Source: Octopus vulgaris
Taxonomy: Eukaryota
Length of the DNA: 64,000 nucleotides
Assembly (NCBI GenBank): GCA_951406725.2
Contig: OX597824.1
Coordinates: 91,202,001-91,266,000, forward strand
Direction: 5' to 3'
Below, piece after piece: positions 1 through 14,026 of this stretch. A program made the translations under genes and the position numbers. Numbering within the stretch: position 1 is the first letter of the stretch; every line of letters starts with the position of its first letter. The notes under the pieces were generated by a model. The model did no database searches, was not told where the DNA came from, and worked only from the letters and a program-made list of their open reading frames with translations.

Positions 1-16
1 CACACACACATACATA

Positions 17-58
<42 letters not shown>

Positions 59-181
59 CACACACAGCTCTATAGATAGCTCGATCTCTCTCGTCGACTT
101 GTACCTTTCGTACATGTAACACGCGTAACAACAGTCTCGTATCCTCAAGAGCATAGAAGCTCATCTCTTTCTGATAACACG

Positions 182-250
<69 letters not shown>

Positions 251-753
251 CACATTCATTCTACACCACCACCACCACCACCACCACCACCTCCACACCG
301 GAAAGATATGAGGTGTTAACATCTGCTGAAAGTAGCAACTGCACACGTTTCGGTTGCTATAATTAAACAACTGGAAATGGAACGTTGCTTGGTTGTGATG
401 GTGGCGGCGTGTGGTAGAGTTCACTAGTAATGGTGGTGGAGGTGGAGGTGGTGGAGGTGGTGGTGAAGTTGCCGATGGTAGTAGCAATTTGATGGTGATG
501 GTGAGGATGATGCTGGAAGTGGTAGTAGTGGTGGTGTCGGTGGTGGTGGTGGTGGTGGTGGTGTTGACCTTCACGGTGAAGAATGCGGTGGTGGCAACGT
601 TACTCGTGATAGCGGTGTTGGTGGTGCTTGCGCTGATGGCGATGGTGGCGCAACCGGCAACTTACGATAGCAGTGGTGGTCATGGTGATGATGGTTGTGG
701 TGGTGGTGGTGGTGAAAGTGATGGCGTCGTTGAAATGGTTCTGAAATGGTGGT

Positions 754-1132
754 GGCACTCCGTCGGTTGCGACGACGTGGGTTCCAGTTGATCCGATCAA
801 CGGAACAGCCCGCTCGTGAAATTTACGTGCAAGTGGCTGAGCACTCCGCAGATATAGGTACCCTTAACGTAGTTCTCGGGGAGATTCAGCGTGACACAGA
901 GTGTGACAAGGGCTGGCCCCTTTGAAATACAGGTACAACAAAAACAGGAACAAAGAGTGAAAATTGTAGCGAAAGGGTACAGCAGGGTTCGCCACCCCCA
1001 CACCCCTGCCGGAGCCTCGTGGAGCCTTAAATGTTTTCGCTCAATAAACACTCACAACGTCCGGTCTGGGAATCGAAACCGCGATCCTACGATGCGAGTC
1101 TCCTGCCTTAACCACTGGGCCATTGCGCTTCC
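754..1132 (-). mobile_element. tRNA-derived SINE, family A (head GGAGGCGCAATGGCCCAGTGG), tail type 1
   Basis: Reverse complement matches the + strand copy at 9756-10144 over its full length; A-box and B-box-like head. Confidence 0.85.
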
Positions 1133-1224
1133 TCTCTGAAATAATAGGCAGTGATATTAATGTTGTTGCTTTGGATCAAAGACACTCCTGGCATGACCAA
1201 CTTGTCAATGAAAAATAATAATTT

Positions 1225-1767
1225 ATCTTTATCTTTTATTTGTTTCTATCACTGGTCTGTGGCCATGCTGGGGCACCGCCTCTACAGGTTTAGTCTAACA
1301 AATCGACCACAGTACTTAGTTCTAAGTTTGGTAGTTATTATATCGATCTCTTTGTGCTAAATCGCTTACTTACGGGGATGTAAACAAACAAACACCGGTT
1401 ATAAAGTGGTGGCAGTGGTGGTGGTGATGGTGGGAGACAAACACAAAGACACATCACGAATACGCGAATATGAATATAAATACACACACACATACACACA
1501 CGCACACGCACACACACACACACACGTACATGTATTTATGTACCAAGGGCTTCTTTAAGTTTCTGTCTTCCAAATCCACTCAAGTGGTGCCGGGTGGTGC
1601 TTGCGCTGGTGGCGATGGTGGAGCAACCGGCAACTTACGATAGCAGTGGTGGCCATGGTGATGATAATGGTGGTGGCGGAGATGGTGATGATGATTGTGG
1701 TGGTCCTGAGGCTATACTAGAAGGAACTTGCCCAAGGTGCCACGCAGTGGGACTGAACCTGGAACCA
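1225..1767 (-). mobile_element. SINE family B, degenerate, interrupted by a ~120-bp templated insert
   Basis: Matches the reverse complement of 12678-13083; 1584-1705 is foreign and copies ~618-705. Confidence 0.7.
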
Positions 1768-1894
1768 TATCGTACAAGTTCCACCGAAGACGACTTTGCC
1801 TTTCATCGGATGTAATCGATTATACCCCACCCCCAAATTGCAACCCTTGTGCCTTTTAGCAGAAAAGATTCTTCTTCTTCTTCTTCTTCTTCTT

Positions 1895-1925
<31 letters not shown>

Positions 1926-1930
1926 TTGAA

Positions 1931-1987
<57 letters not shown>

Positions 1988-2175
1988 GCGTGAAAGAGCG
2001 GTGCATGCCATCGTCATATAAGGGTACACCAGGCACAACCATATGTGCGCAACATGGTGATCTCATATCAAGATAAACAGCACATGACCTTGCAGGTGGG
2101 CCCAAGTTTTCTTCAGAATTTTCTTCAGGTCGAGTAGCCCATCCGCTATTGTTATTGTTATTGTTATTATTATTG

Positions 2176-2650
2176 CCTTTGCACAGCTTCTAACACTGGA
2201 GATGTACTACAGTGTCAGCTGTTCACTACCAGTAAACAAAGGTAACACCTCTTATTTTTCGAGCACCTTCCAGAGTATTCGAGCGGTTACATGCAGTGCT
2301 GTTTTCTGCAAAAGCACCACCCTTATTGCAGCCCTTATTTGTTCCACGTACTTGCTCACTGTCCCCAGGGCTCTGACAGTTATTGGTACTACTGCTACCT
2401 TTCTCATCGACCACAACTGCTTAACTTCCCAAGCTAACCTGTCATCTCTCTCGACTTTTCTTTCTTCCTTATTGCATACCTTGTTGTCAGCCGGGCATGC
2501 TATATCTATGATCCGGCATAGTTTGTCCAGCTTCCTATTCTCAATCTCATGGTCGCACTGAATCATAAAATCCCATAGGATCTTTGCATTTCTATTTTCG
2601 ACGATGCCTTCAGGTTTGTGGCCGTACCAATCTTTTGTTCTGTCAAGCCC
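2176..2650 (-). mobile_element. R4/Dong-like LINE 3' fragment, restriction-like endonuclease region (pseudogenic)
   Basis: Translation WYGHKPEGIVEN..KILWDFMIQCDHEIENRKLD..IIDIACPAD..VVPITVRALGTVSK is typical of the RLE C-terminus of non-LTR elements; flanked by (TAA)n-type repeats. Confidence 0.75.
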
Positions 2651-2823
<173 letters not shown>

Positions 2824-2825
2824 TA

Positions 2826-3292
2826 TGTTTGACTTTTGCTTTACATTTGTACAAGTTGGCTCCAATTCTCACCCAGAGACCTCAAGAGACAACAAGTTGG
2901 AAGTTCATGTTGGTGTTATGCCTAGGGTGCCATATATTTGGTTTTGTACTTAGTGTTGTACTAGTGAATGTCTAAAAAACCATACGAAAATTATGTTTGT
3001 TTTAAAACTTGAGATTACATAGAAAATATTTTGCGTAGGATATGAGCAGTTCCCATGAGCACTATCTTTTGAATTTCTGCCATTTTGGGGTTTCCTGGTA
3101 TTTGAGTTAGGTAGCAATCAGCCCCTTTTGCTATCATTCCCAGGGCACCTATGACAACAGATATTGTTTTAGTCTTCAGGTTCCACATTTTGCTGATTTC
3201 TATTTCAAGATCTTTATATTTGGTCAGTTTTTGGTAGGTCTTGACAGATACGTTTATATCGATTGGGACAGTCATATCAATGAGGAGGCATG
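2826..3292 (-). mobile_element. R4/Dong-like LINE 3' fragment with 3' UTR
   Basis: IDMTVPIDINVSVKTYQKLTKYKDLEIEISKMWNLKTKTISVVIGALG..LMGTAHILRK; both ends abut (TAA)n. Confidence 0.75.
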
Positions 3293-3293
3293 A

Positions 3294-3436
<143 letters not shown>

Positions 3437-3486
3437 TAGTTTTATTTTTATAGCGTACTTTCACTTCACTACCGAGCACAGCTCTG

Positions 3487-3573
<87 letters not shown>

Positions 3574-4212
3574 AAACATTTTGATTCGACCTTATGCAAC
3601 TTAAAATCTTCGTCGGCTCATCACAGGAACCTGGCGCCACCAAAACTACACAAAGAAACAAAATAGGGTTGAACACTTACTCTTTTATTTGTTTCAGTCA
3701 TTTGACTGTGGCCATGCTGGAGCACCGCCTTTTAGTCGAGCAAATCGACCCTAGTACTTATTCTTTGTGTGTGTGTGTGTGTGTGGTTGCCAGTATCTAC
3801 CTCTCTCTTTCCCTCTTTATCTCACCAGTAAATTAAGATAAAACTCTTTTCGTTAGCGGCTATAAATAGACAATTCTACAGAATATACACGCATTTCTCA
3901 CCTTGGATCTGCTTACTGGCTGACATTGCTAACCGCAAATGGGTTAAATTACTCTTTTTCTTCTGATGATCTGGTGTAATGATCTGAAGTAATTATGCAA
4001 TCGTCTGACTAGCAATTACTGCATGGCATACTGGTATACGCTAGCGAAACACCTGTAAGGATTATGTAACTGATGATGTCACAATAAAGAAATAGGTACT
4101 AGAATCTCCAGTTTTATTCTACTCTTATACGCATATACGTACACACATATATACATAGACGCACTCTCATATAAATATCTATATGTACACACACAGACAG
4201 ACACACACATAC

Positions 4213-4243
<31 letters not shown>

Positions 4244-4365
4244 TGTATGTATGTATGTATGTATGTATGTATGTATGTATGTATATTTTCTTTTATTATT
4301 ATGGAATAACAGAACAGCGCGTGCCACAGATATACGTAGCTCAAAATATCCATCATGACTATCCA

Positions 4366-4595
4366 TCTTATTTCTTTATTGCCCACAATGGGCTAAATAT
4401 AGATGTGACAAACAAGGACAGACAAAGTGATTAAGTTGATTACATCGACCCCAGTGCGTAACTGGTACTTAATTTATCGACCCCGAAAGGATGAAAGGCA
4501 AAGTGAACCACGGCGGAATTTGAACTCACAACGTAACGGCGACGAAACACCGCTAAGCATTTCGTCCGGCGCGCTAACGATTCTGCCAGCTCGCT
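4366..4595 (-). mobile_element. SINE family C (monomer)
   Basis: Reverse complement of head GCGAGCTGGCAGAATCGTTAG plus body GCCTTTCATCCTTTCGGGGTCGATAAATTAAGTACCAG, as at 16240-16998. Confidence 0.8.
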
Positions 4596-4617
4596 GCATC
4601 ATGATCATCCATCTGGT

Positions 4618-5052
4618 AAGGGTACACCAGGCACATGCATCACAACCATACATATGGTGACCTCATATCCAGATAAACAGCGCATGACCTTGCAGGTGGG
4701 ACCCAGTTCGAATTTTCTTTAGGTCGAGTAGCCCATCCCGCTCAAAAGGTCCCTGAATAATAGTTGTTTAAGAATGTTGAACGAAACACCCATGTTTCCA
4801 AGGGTGAATTATCCAAGCCCCAAAGAATTCCTCTCAACATATGGCTCGTGATCAGAGATGCACATATCGTCAGCCACTTAAGGACATGCTCAACTGGTTA
4901 CGGTCAAGCAACTGACAAGCAAATCTGTGGTATTGAACAGAATATTTGCTGTAGCCCATCTTTTATAGCAAGACAACCATCTACACGTTAATACTTCCAA
5001 CCAGTTAAGATCAGAAACCATGAGAGCCACTGCGTGGTATTGCATTCGGGCA
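4618..5052 (-). mobile_element. LINE 3'-UTR-like repeat (same family as 10758-11303 and 1989-2146)
   Basis: Three copies in the window; the full copy ends in a (TAA)n tail. Confidence 0.6.
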
Positions 5053-5306
5053 TGTATATATGTATGTATGTATGTATGTACATATGTATGTAAGTATGTA
5101 TGTATGTATGTATGTATGTATGTATGTATGTATGTATGCATGCATGTATGTATGTATGTATGTATGTATGTATGCACGTATGCATGTATGTATATATGTA
5201 TGTATTTATGCATGCATGTATGTGTGTATATATACGTGTGTGTATGTATGCATGTATGTATGTATGTATGTATGTATGTATGTATGTATGTATGTATGTA
5301 TGTATG

Positions 5307-5337
<31 letters not shown>

Positions 5338-5497
5338 GTGTGTGTATGTATGTATGTATGTATGTATGTATGTATGTATGTATGTATGTATGTATGTATG
5401 TATGTATGTATGTATGTATGTATGTATGTATGTATGTATGTATGTATGTATGTATGTATGTATGTATGTATGTATGTATGTATGTATGTATGTATGT
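5053..5497. repeat. (TATG)n microsatellite
   Basis: Direct reading. Confidence 0.95.
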
Positions 5498-5834
5498 ACA
5501 CGCAGATACACACGCACGCGCACACAAGACTTAGCAAATTCCTCATTCTGGCCTACTTTAAAACACAATCTGCTACTTTCTGCGGAGTTTTTGGTCTACT
5601 TATCTCGCAACTCCCACGTCGCTGGTGGCGGGGTTGGGACTGGCGGAGCGGGGTTGGGGATGCTGGTAGATAGAATTGGAACTGATAATTTGATGGCGGT
5701 TTTCAAGATGGTTCTTGTAAGTAAGAATGGTAGTGATGGCAAGTTGATGTTGTTGTTGTTGTTGTTATCAGACCCGTTATGATCAAAGGCGTTCCAGCAA
5801 TGACTTAATTGTGTATCTAGAGCAACATGGTTCA

Positions 5835-6731
5835 CAACACCACCACCACCGCCACTGCCACCACCGCCACCACCACTACCGCCACCTCCACCACCGCCAC
5901 CACCACCACAACTACCAACAACACAACCAATACTACCATCATCATCATCATCATCAATACTACTATTACTACTACCGTCGCCACCGCCACCTTCACTACC
6001 ACCACCACTACTAATACTACTGCTACTAATACTATCACCATAACTACTACTACAACTACTACCACCACCGTAACTACTACTACTACTACTACAACTACTA
6101 CTCCCACCACAGCAGTAACAGCCATAAACACCTACCACTACCACCACCACCACCACCATCACCACAACAACAACAGCACCTACCACCACTACTACCACCA
6201 ACACCATCCCATTCAGTTTTTGTAATTTGTTCTTTAGACAGTCGGCTGTGATTTGAGGGCAGTTTGGCTGCTATCTCTAGAAGTTCTATCCTTGCAGGTT
6301 CTTCGTGATGGCGACAATGGTGGCAATGGTGGCGATGGTGGTGGTGGCGGAGGAGGTGATGTTGAGAGGTGTCGGTAGTGGTGGTCATGGTAACACTGTT
6401 GTGAAGTTGTTACTGTTGATTTTGTTGTTGTTGTTCCGTCGTGGTGGTGATTGTGGTTTTGGTGGTGGTTGTGGAGGTGGTGGCGGTGGTGGCGGTGATG
6501 GTTTGCGCCGGAAGTAGCGGTAGTGTTGGTGGTGATTGTATTACTGACTGGAGCAGTGATGGTCAGCTTAGGTGGCCGTTGTCATGGAGACGTGATTGAC
6601 GTGGGCGTGGCGTTTATTTGGCAACCATTGTTTCAATGGTGGCAAACGTTGGTATTGGTGACAGTTGTGGTTGTAATGGTATTGTGATTGCCATTGTTGT
6701 TGCTGATAATGATGTTGACGATGATGATGAC

Positions 6732-6774
<43 letters not shown>

Positions 6775-6855
6775 ATGGGGTGGTGGTGGTGGTGGTGACG
6801 ATGATGATAATAATGATGATGATGATGTTGATGATGATGCTGATGGTGATGATGA

Positions 6856-6889
<34 letters not shown>

Positions 6890-7374
6890 GGTGGTGGTGG
6901 TGGTGACGATGATGATAATGATGATGCTGATGGTGATGATGATGATGATGATGATGGTGATAATGATGATGATGAAGATGGTGGTGGTGGTGGTGGTGGT
7001 AATGGTTATGATAACGACGAAGATAATGGTGACGATGATGATGAAGATGATGATGATGACGACGACGATGCTGCTGTTGCTGCTGCTGATGATGATATGA
7101 TTGTGGTGATGTAGTTAGTGGTGGCGCTAACGGTATTGGAGTTGCTAGATTGATGCTATTTTGCTGGTAGTATTGGTTGTGGTGTTAGTGAGGATGATGA
7201 TGATGGTGGTAGAGGTGGTGGTGGTGGTGGTGGTCTTGGCACCAGCAAGAAACGGAAATTCCCGATTAGAATTTCGTCTCGTTCTTAGTTTTGGCATTTC
7301 GACGTCTGTTGACAGCACAAGTGGGGTGTGGCACTAGCAGTAGTAGTAGCAGCAGCAGTAGTAGTAGTAGTAGC

Positions 7375-7437
<63 letters not shown>

Positions 7438-7470
7438 TGTTGTTGTTGTTGTTGTTGGTGGTGGTGGTGC
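5835..7470. repeat. Compound trinucleotide field (CAC/TAC/GGT/GAT/AGT)n
   Basis: Direct reading; source of the poly-T/H/V/M/S ORFs. Confidence 0.9.
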
Positions 7471-7781
7471 TGTTGTTTGGCCACAGGTCAGGTCTGGTTG
7501 ACCAGATGTATGGTCAAACACGTTCCACCTATGAGCATGACCATACCATCTGATCTTCGGTTAGCATATACATTCTTTTATTCTTTTAGTTGTTTCAGTC
7601 ATTTTACTGCGGCCATGCTGGAGCACCGCCTTTTAAGTCAAACAAATCGATCCCAGGACTTATTATTTGTAAGCCTAGTACTTATTCTAACGGTCTCTTT
7701 TGCCGAACCGCTCCATCATCGGTTGTCAAAGCGATATTGGGGGGTACGAACACAGACATCCAAACATATACACACACACGC

Positions 7782-7877
<96 letters not shown>

Positions 7878-8898
7878 CAGCGATGCCTTGGAGTGCGGAC
7901 AACCAAGAGCTCCGGCAGCAGCGAACACTTACGTGTTTCACTGGTACTTATTTTATAGACCCCGAATGGATGAAAGGTAAAGTCGACCTCGGCGGAATTT
8001 AAACTCAGAACGTAAAGATAGATGAAAGCAATCCTGAAATTTTGAGATAAGGTTCTAGTCGAGTAAAGCGATTCCAGTGTTCGATCGTAACTTATTTCTT
8101 CGATTCCGAAAGAATTTTATCTGAGGACACAAAGCCGGCAGAAGCGTGCTAATAATTTTGCCAGCTCGTCGTCCAAGAAAGAGCAACGGTTCTGTAAAGT
8201 GACAGATGACCAAAATTGATTGTTCTGTTTCTTTTTTCTTTAAGTTGCCTCGTCTTTGGCACCGAATTTATTTAGAGTGAAAATCTGGACTTTGATAAAT
8301 ATTTGGAGGAACATAGAATTGAATAGAAATATACAAGGAGTGATGAATAAACATCAATGAATAGCTAATATCGTCTTTTAGAAACTGAAGAATTCGCATA
8401 CATGTAAGATGTCACGTATGTAATATAGTGAGTTGAGAAACTACTGTTTCGACTAAAGCCCTGAGCAGACCAATGACTAGTGAATGAATTTGGTAGACTG
8501 GAATGACTTGCGAATGGATTTGCTAGACCGGAAATGTGTGGAACGTCCTACTTGGACTTTCCTTCAACGTATGATTTTCTTTCATCATATGACAAAGAAC
8601 TTCGTCCGAAACGTTATATTTTTACTCTATACGTTTTTCTTTCTTTGTGCGTAAATGTAATATCAGTTGTGAACGTCTCTTCAGTTTTATCGCTTTTTGT
8701 TTGGTCCATGTGACTTCGAATAACCCGTTCATGTTTCATGTTTTTTTGTCCCCTTTTTGTATCATCTAGCTGTCTGGACGTTTTGAGTTCTTGTCCTATT
8801 TTTTGTATTCTTTTTTATATGCATGTGGCGGCGTACGTACACTTTGATCTCTTATATGTAAGTACATGTATATACATACATACATACATACATACATG

Positions 8899-8938
<40 letters not shown>

Positions 8939-9055
8939 CATACCTATACATATATATACACATACACACAAACACACACACATACATACATACACACATA
9001 TATATATACATATATATATACATATATATGCATACATACACACACACACACACAC

Positions 9056-9105
<50 letters not shown>

Positions 9106-9755
9106 GTTGCAAATATATATCCCCGTCAAAAGAGATCGAAAGAATAATAATCAAAATTTTAACAAAAAGGTATTGGTGGCAATTTGTTCGGCTAAACCCT
9201 TCAAGGTGGAGCCCCAGCATGGCCGCAGTCCAACGAATGGAACAAATAAACGATAAAAAACAAAAAAAAAAGAATATCGCCAAATATTGTGTAAATAATT
9301 ATTATCTCCCTTGTGAGAGGAGCTGCGTAAACTAGGATAACCCCACGTGTTGCTCCCTCTTTGGCGCTAAAAGACATCTGTTTGCTCACTTTGGTTAACT
9401 GATCCAGGTTGCGATGCAAAATCTACCCACAAATTCATCAGAACTCGTTCGTAGACATACTCCAATTTCTGACTCAAGCTACACAATGTTTTTTCCATCT
9501 TTTGTATCTATCGTATTAGATTCATTTCAAGATGATACGCTTACAATAACAGCAACAACAACAACAGCAATAACGATGAGAATAACGGGAGTAACCGAAC
9601 TGATAGCATAGTGAATATTATACTTAAGAACGTTTTTGTTTTCTAAGATTGAGTTACACGTGTTTACATAAGCGACATTTTGCGAGTCAACGTGTGAGCT
9701 CGCGAACTTGTAAACTTTTGTTGACCTCGTTTGTAACTAATCTATGTTACTCTCC

Positions 9756-10144
9756 GGAGGCGCAATGGCCCAGTGGTTAGGGCAGCGGACTCGCGGTCAT
9801 AGGATCGCGGTTTCGATTCCCAGATCGGGCGTTGTGAGTGTTTATTGAGCGAAAACACCTAAAAGCTCCACGAGGCTTCGGCAGTGGGTGGTAGTGATCC
9901 CTGCTGTGCTCTTTCACCACAACTTTCTCTCACTCTTACTTCCTGTTTCTGTTGTACCTGTATTTCAAAGGGCCGGCCTTGTCACTCTCTGTGTCACGCT
10001 GAATAACCCCGAGAACTACGTTAAGGGTGCACGTGTCTGTGGAGTGCTCAGCCACTTGCACGTTAATTTCACGAGCAGGCTGTTCCGTTGATTCGGATCA
10101 ACTGGAACCCTAATCGTCGTAACCGACGGAGTGCTTCCAACAGA
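9756..10144 (+). mobile_element. SINE family A, full length, tail type 1, 12-bp TSD
   Basis: A-box TGGCCCAGTGG and B-box GGTTTCGATTCCC; TSD ATGTTACTCTCC at 9744-9755 and 10145-10156. Confidence 0.9.
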
Positions 10145-10160
10145 ATGTTACTCTCCAGAA

Positions 10161-10361
10161 CAGTGCTTTTCAACCTTTTTGCTGGAGCGGAACCCCAAGG
10201 AAACATTCCACTGGTTCAAGGAACCCCTGTGCAATAATTTAATTGTCTTATGCACACATATCTGCACAGGAGAATTAAAAATTACTCCGGATTTTAGCAT
10301 TTTTGTAACTTCTTGCGGAACCCCTGGATTGTACTGGCGGAACCCTGGTTGAAAACCACTG
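10161..10361. mobile_element. hAT-type MITE
   Basis: TIRs CAGTGCTTTTCAACC / GGTTGAAAACCACTG; 8-bp TSD CTCCAGAA / CTCCTGAA. Confidence 0.85.
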
Positions 10362-10397
10362 CTCCTGAAGATAATTTATGGAAGTAATAATAATAAT

Positions 10398-10560
10398 ACG
10401 GAAACGGGACACTGATTTGGTGAATAAGAAAGAAAGAACATGTATAATAATCGACATAGCTGGCCCCGGTGACAACAGGATGAATGTGAAAGAAGAAGAA
10501 GAAGAAATATACACCTATGACGATTTGAAGTTGGAAATACGAAGAGTTATGGTCAATGAA
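10398..10560 (+). mobile_element. R4/Dong-like RLE fragment
   Basis: RKRDTDLVNKKERTCIIIDIAGPGDNRMNVKEEE..YDDLKLEIRR, homologous to 2176-2650; starts after a short (TAA)n. Confidence 0.6.
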
Positions 10561-10757
10561 GTATCAGTCTGGTTCGGACAGTCTGCTCTACGAGCTTTAC
10601 GTTTAAATGCCAAACTTGTTCGACGATATCTTCGCAAAGGTTTACTGCAACTGGCAACAGAATGGGAGAATTCCCAGTTTTGTGAGCTGAGGAGCGGTGG
10701 CGTTGCTGAGAAAAGACCCGAACAAGGGGGAATGTATTGACAATAATGATAATAATA

Positions 10758-11303
10758 AAATGCCCTGATGCAGTACCAGGCAGTGGCTCTCATGGTTTCT
10801 CATCTTAACTGATTGGAAGTGTTATCATGTACATTGTTTTGTCTTGGTATAAAAGATGGGCTACAGCAAATATTCTGCTCAATACCACAGATTTGCTTGT
10901 CAGTTGTTTGACCTTAACCAGTTGAGCATGTCCCTTAGTGGCTGACGATATGTGCATCTCTGATCACGAGCAGAAGTAGTTGGGGAGCATCATAGCCACG
11001 TGTTGAGGCGAATTATTTGGGGTTTGGATCATTCACTTTTGGAAATATGGGTGGTTCGTTCAACATCCTTAAACAACCCCTATTCAGGGACCTTTTGAGC
11101 GGGTTGGGTTACTCGACCAAAAGAAAATTCTAACTGGGCCCCACCTGCAAGGTCATGTGCTGTTTATCTTGATATGAGATCACCATGTCACGCACATATA
11201 GTTGCGACGCATGTGCCTGGTGTACCCTTATCATGATGGACATGCTAGGCTTCGTATATTTCACCCCAGTGTCACTTTGATAGCATGCACTGCTCTCTCA
11301 CTC
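10758..11303 (+). mobile_element. LINE 3'-UTR-like repeat with (TAA)n tail
   Basis: Matches the reverse complement of 4618-5052 and 1989-2146; runs directly into (AAT)n. Confidence 0.65.
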
Positions 11304-11328
11304 AATAATAATAATAATAATAATAATG

Positions 11329-11404
<76 letters not shown>

Positions 11405-11405
<1 letters not shown>

Positions 11406-11725
11406 CTTTCCAGAAACTCAAAAGTCTCAGAAACAATTCCAGGAAACCCAAAGGCATCAGAACTAGAAGAAATTGTTCTCATGGGTACGTCCCACATTCT
11501 AAGAAAAACATTATCAGCTTAAAAATACCTGATTCTCTTTTTAAAAAAAAGAACTTTTAAATACAAAAATCGAAAATATTACGAATTTAACAGGATTTTA
11601 GTTCTCCGAATCTGGTCACGTTTGCCAACGAATATATCAATGCTAATCATAAATAGCGGATATGGTAAGACGTTTAACTTGCTTGTTACTTGAGATCTCT
11701 GGCTGAGTGAGACCTGGAACAAAAT
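11405..11725 (+). mobile_element. R4/Dong-like LINE extreme 3' end
   Basis: IPGNPKASELEEIVLMGTSHILRKTLSA is homologous to the end of ORF 3015-3275. Confidence 0.6.
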
Positions 11726-11755
11726 GATGATTATGATGACAACAACAACAACAGC

Positions 11756-11787
<32 letters not shown>

Positions 11788-11918
11788 AGCATTTAAAAAC
11801 CTTTTGCTCGTAAATTATCTTCAGAGTACTTTGCTACACTGACACGAACCAAACACCTCGGGTTACACGGATATTGGATTTCGTTATGTTACTGTCAACA
11901 CGTTTGATGCTGTTTGTT

Positions 11919-11961
<43 letters not shown>

Positions 11962-12157
11962 TGTGTTATATAATAGCGGTTTCGCTTTGTAAACGGATCT
12001 GCGTCGGTTACGACGATGAGTGTTCAGTTTGTCGATCGATTGAGCTAAATCCCTGCACTTTGAATTTGCGAGTATGTGGTTGAGTGTTCCGTAGCAGATG
12101 CATGTACCCATAACGTAATCCTAAGGTATAACCAGTGCGACACAATGTGGGTGTGTA

Positions 12158-12194
<37 letters not shown>

Positions 12195-12313
12195 ATGAAA
12201 CCAATGGTAGCCTTAATCCACAAATAAAGACTCTTTACCCACCAGTGCGGTATTGAGTTCCTATTCTCATTGGTCGATATTTATGAGTGTGTGTGTACAG
12301 TGTATATATATAC

Positions 12314-12364
<51 letters not shown>

Positions 12365-12628
12365 GAGAGAGAGAAAAAGGGAGAGAGAGAGAGGGAGAGA
12401 GAGAAAGGGAGAGAGAGAGAATTACAGAGACAGAGAGTTACAGAGACAGAGAGAGACAGAGACACACAGAGAGAAGGAAAGCTGGACTCATAAACTATAT
12501 GTAGCGGGTGCGGCAGACAAAAAACACCGTCTGCTCTTGTCTCAACGGAATGGGACAATCGGGCGCAGCTGTTTCGACTCAGATATTTTTAGCATGGCTA
12601 AGTAGACATTCAGCCCGTTTTGGCGAGA

Positions 12629-12677
<49 letters not shown>

Positions 12678-12679
<2 letters not shown>

Positions 12680-13083
12680 CGTAGGAGTGGCTGTGTGGTA
12701 AGTAGCTTGCTTATGAACCACATGGTTCCGGGTTGAGTCCCACTGCGTGGCACCTTGGGCAAGTGTCTTCTACTATAGCCTCGGGCCTACCAAAGCCTTG
12801 TGAGTGGATTTGGTAGGCGGAAACTAAAAGAAGCCCGTCGTATATATGTATATATATATGCGTGTGGGTGTTTGTGTGTCTGTGTTTGTGCCCCACAACA
12901 TCGCTTGACAACCGATGCTGGTGTGTTTATGTCCCCGTTACTTAGCGGTTCGGCAAAAGAGACCGATAGAATAAGTACTGGGCTTACAAAAGAATAAGTC
13001 CTGGGGTCGAGTTGCTCGATTAAAGGCGGTGCTCCAGCATGGCCGCAGTCAAATGACTGAAACAAGTAAAAGAGTAAAAGAGT
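12678..13083 (+). mobile_element. SINE family B (tRNA head, CORE-like segment, internal (TA/TG)n, AAAAGAGT tail)
   Basis: A-box TGGCTGTGTGG, B-box-like GGGTTCAGTCCC in most copies, CORE-like GCACCTTGGGCAAGTG; more than 20 full or partial copies in the window. Confidence 0.9.
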
Positions 13084-13143
13084 AAATATACATATATATA
13101 TATACACACATACAGAAACACGTAGATACATACATACATACAT

Positions 13144-13188
<45 letters not shown>

Positions 13189-13193
13189 TATAC

Positions 13194-13272
<79 letters not shown>

Positions 13273-13680
13273 TCTGTATGACTCACTTAATGTAGATACG
13301 CTGTTGATATACGCATATATGTATATACGTTTATAAATACACATACTCACAAACACACACATATACATATATACGCGCACACACACTAACTCATACACAC
13401 ACACACACTCTTAAGTGGACTATGTCAATATTTACTTGAGAATTTAATAAGATAACACTAAAAAAAATAATAAGAGAAAAAGATTAAATTGGAATAAACC
13501 ATAAATCGAAGAAAAGGAAAAGAAAAAAAATATCGATGAATAAGAAACGAATGAAGAAAAGAAAACGAATAAATAAATAAATAAAATATAAAAAAAAACA
13601 TTGTTTTTTTATTGTTCTCTTTCGTTCTTTGTTACTTTTCTTTCTGGTAAAAACCGGTTATTGTAAAAGATCCAAGTCTT

Positions 13681-13722
<42 letters not shown>

Positions 13723-13748
13723 TATACACATTCATATATATATATATT

Positions 13749-13813
<65 letters not shown>

Positions 13814-13866
13814 GTATGTATGTATATGTATATACATACATATGTATGTATGTATATGTATATAAG

Positions 13867-13923
<57 letters not shown>

Positions 13924-13932
13924 GTATATATA

Positions 13933-13980
<48 letters not shown>

Positions 13981-13990
13981 TATACGTATG

Positions 13991-14026
<36 letters not shown>

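Noticed and set aside
12555-12620. Possible further hammerhead (GAAACAGCTG on the minus strand)
   Set aside because: No CUGANGA box or UH site can be formed. The similar trace near 49440 is also too degenerate.
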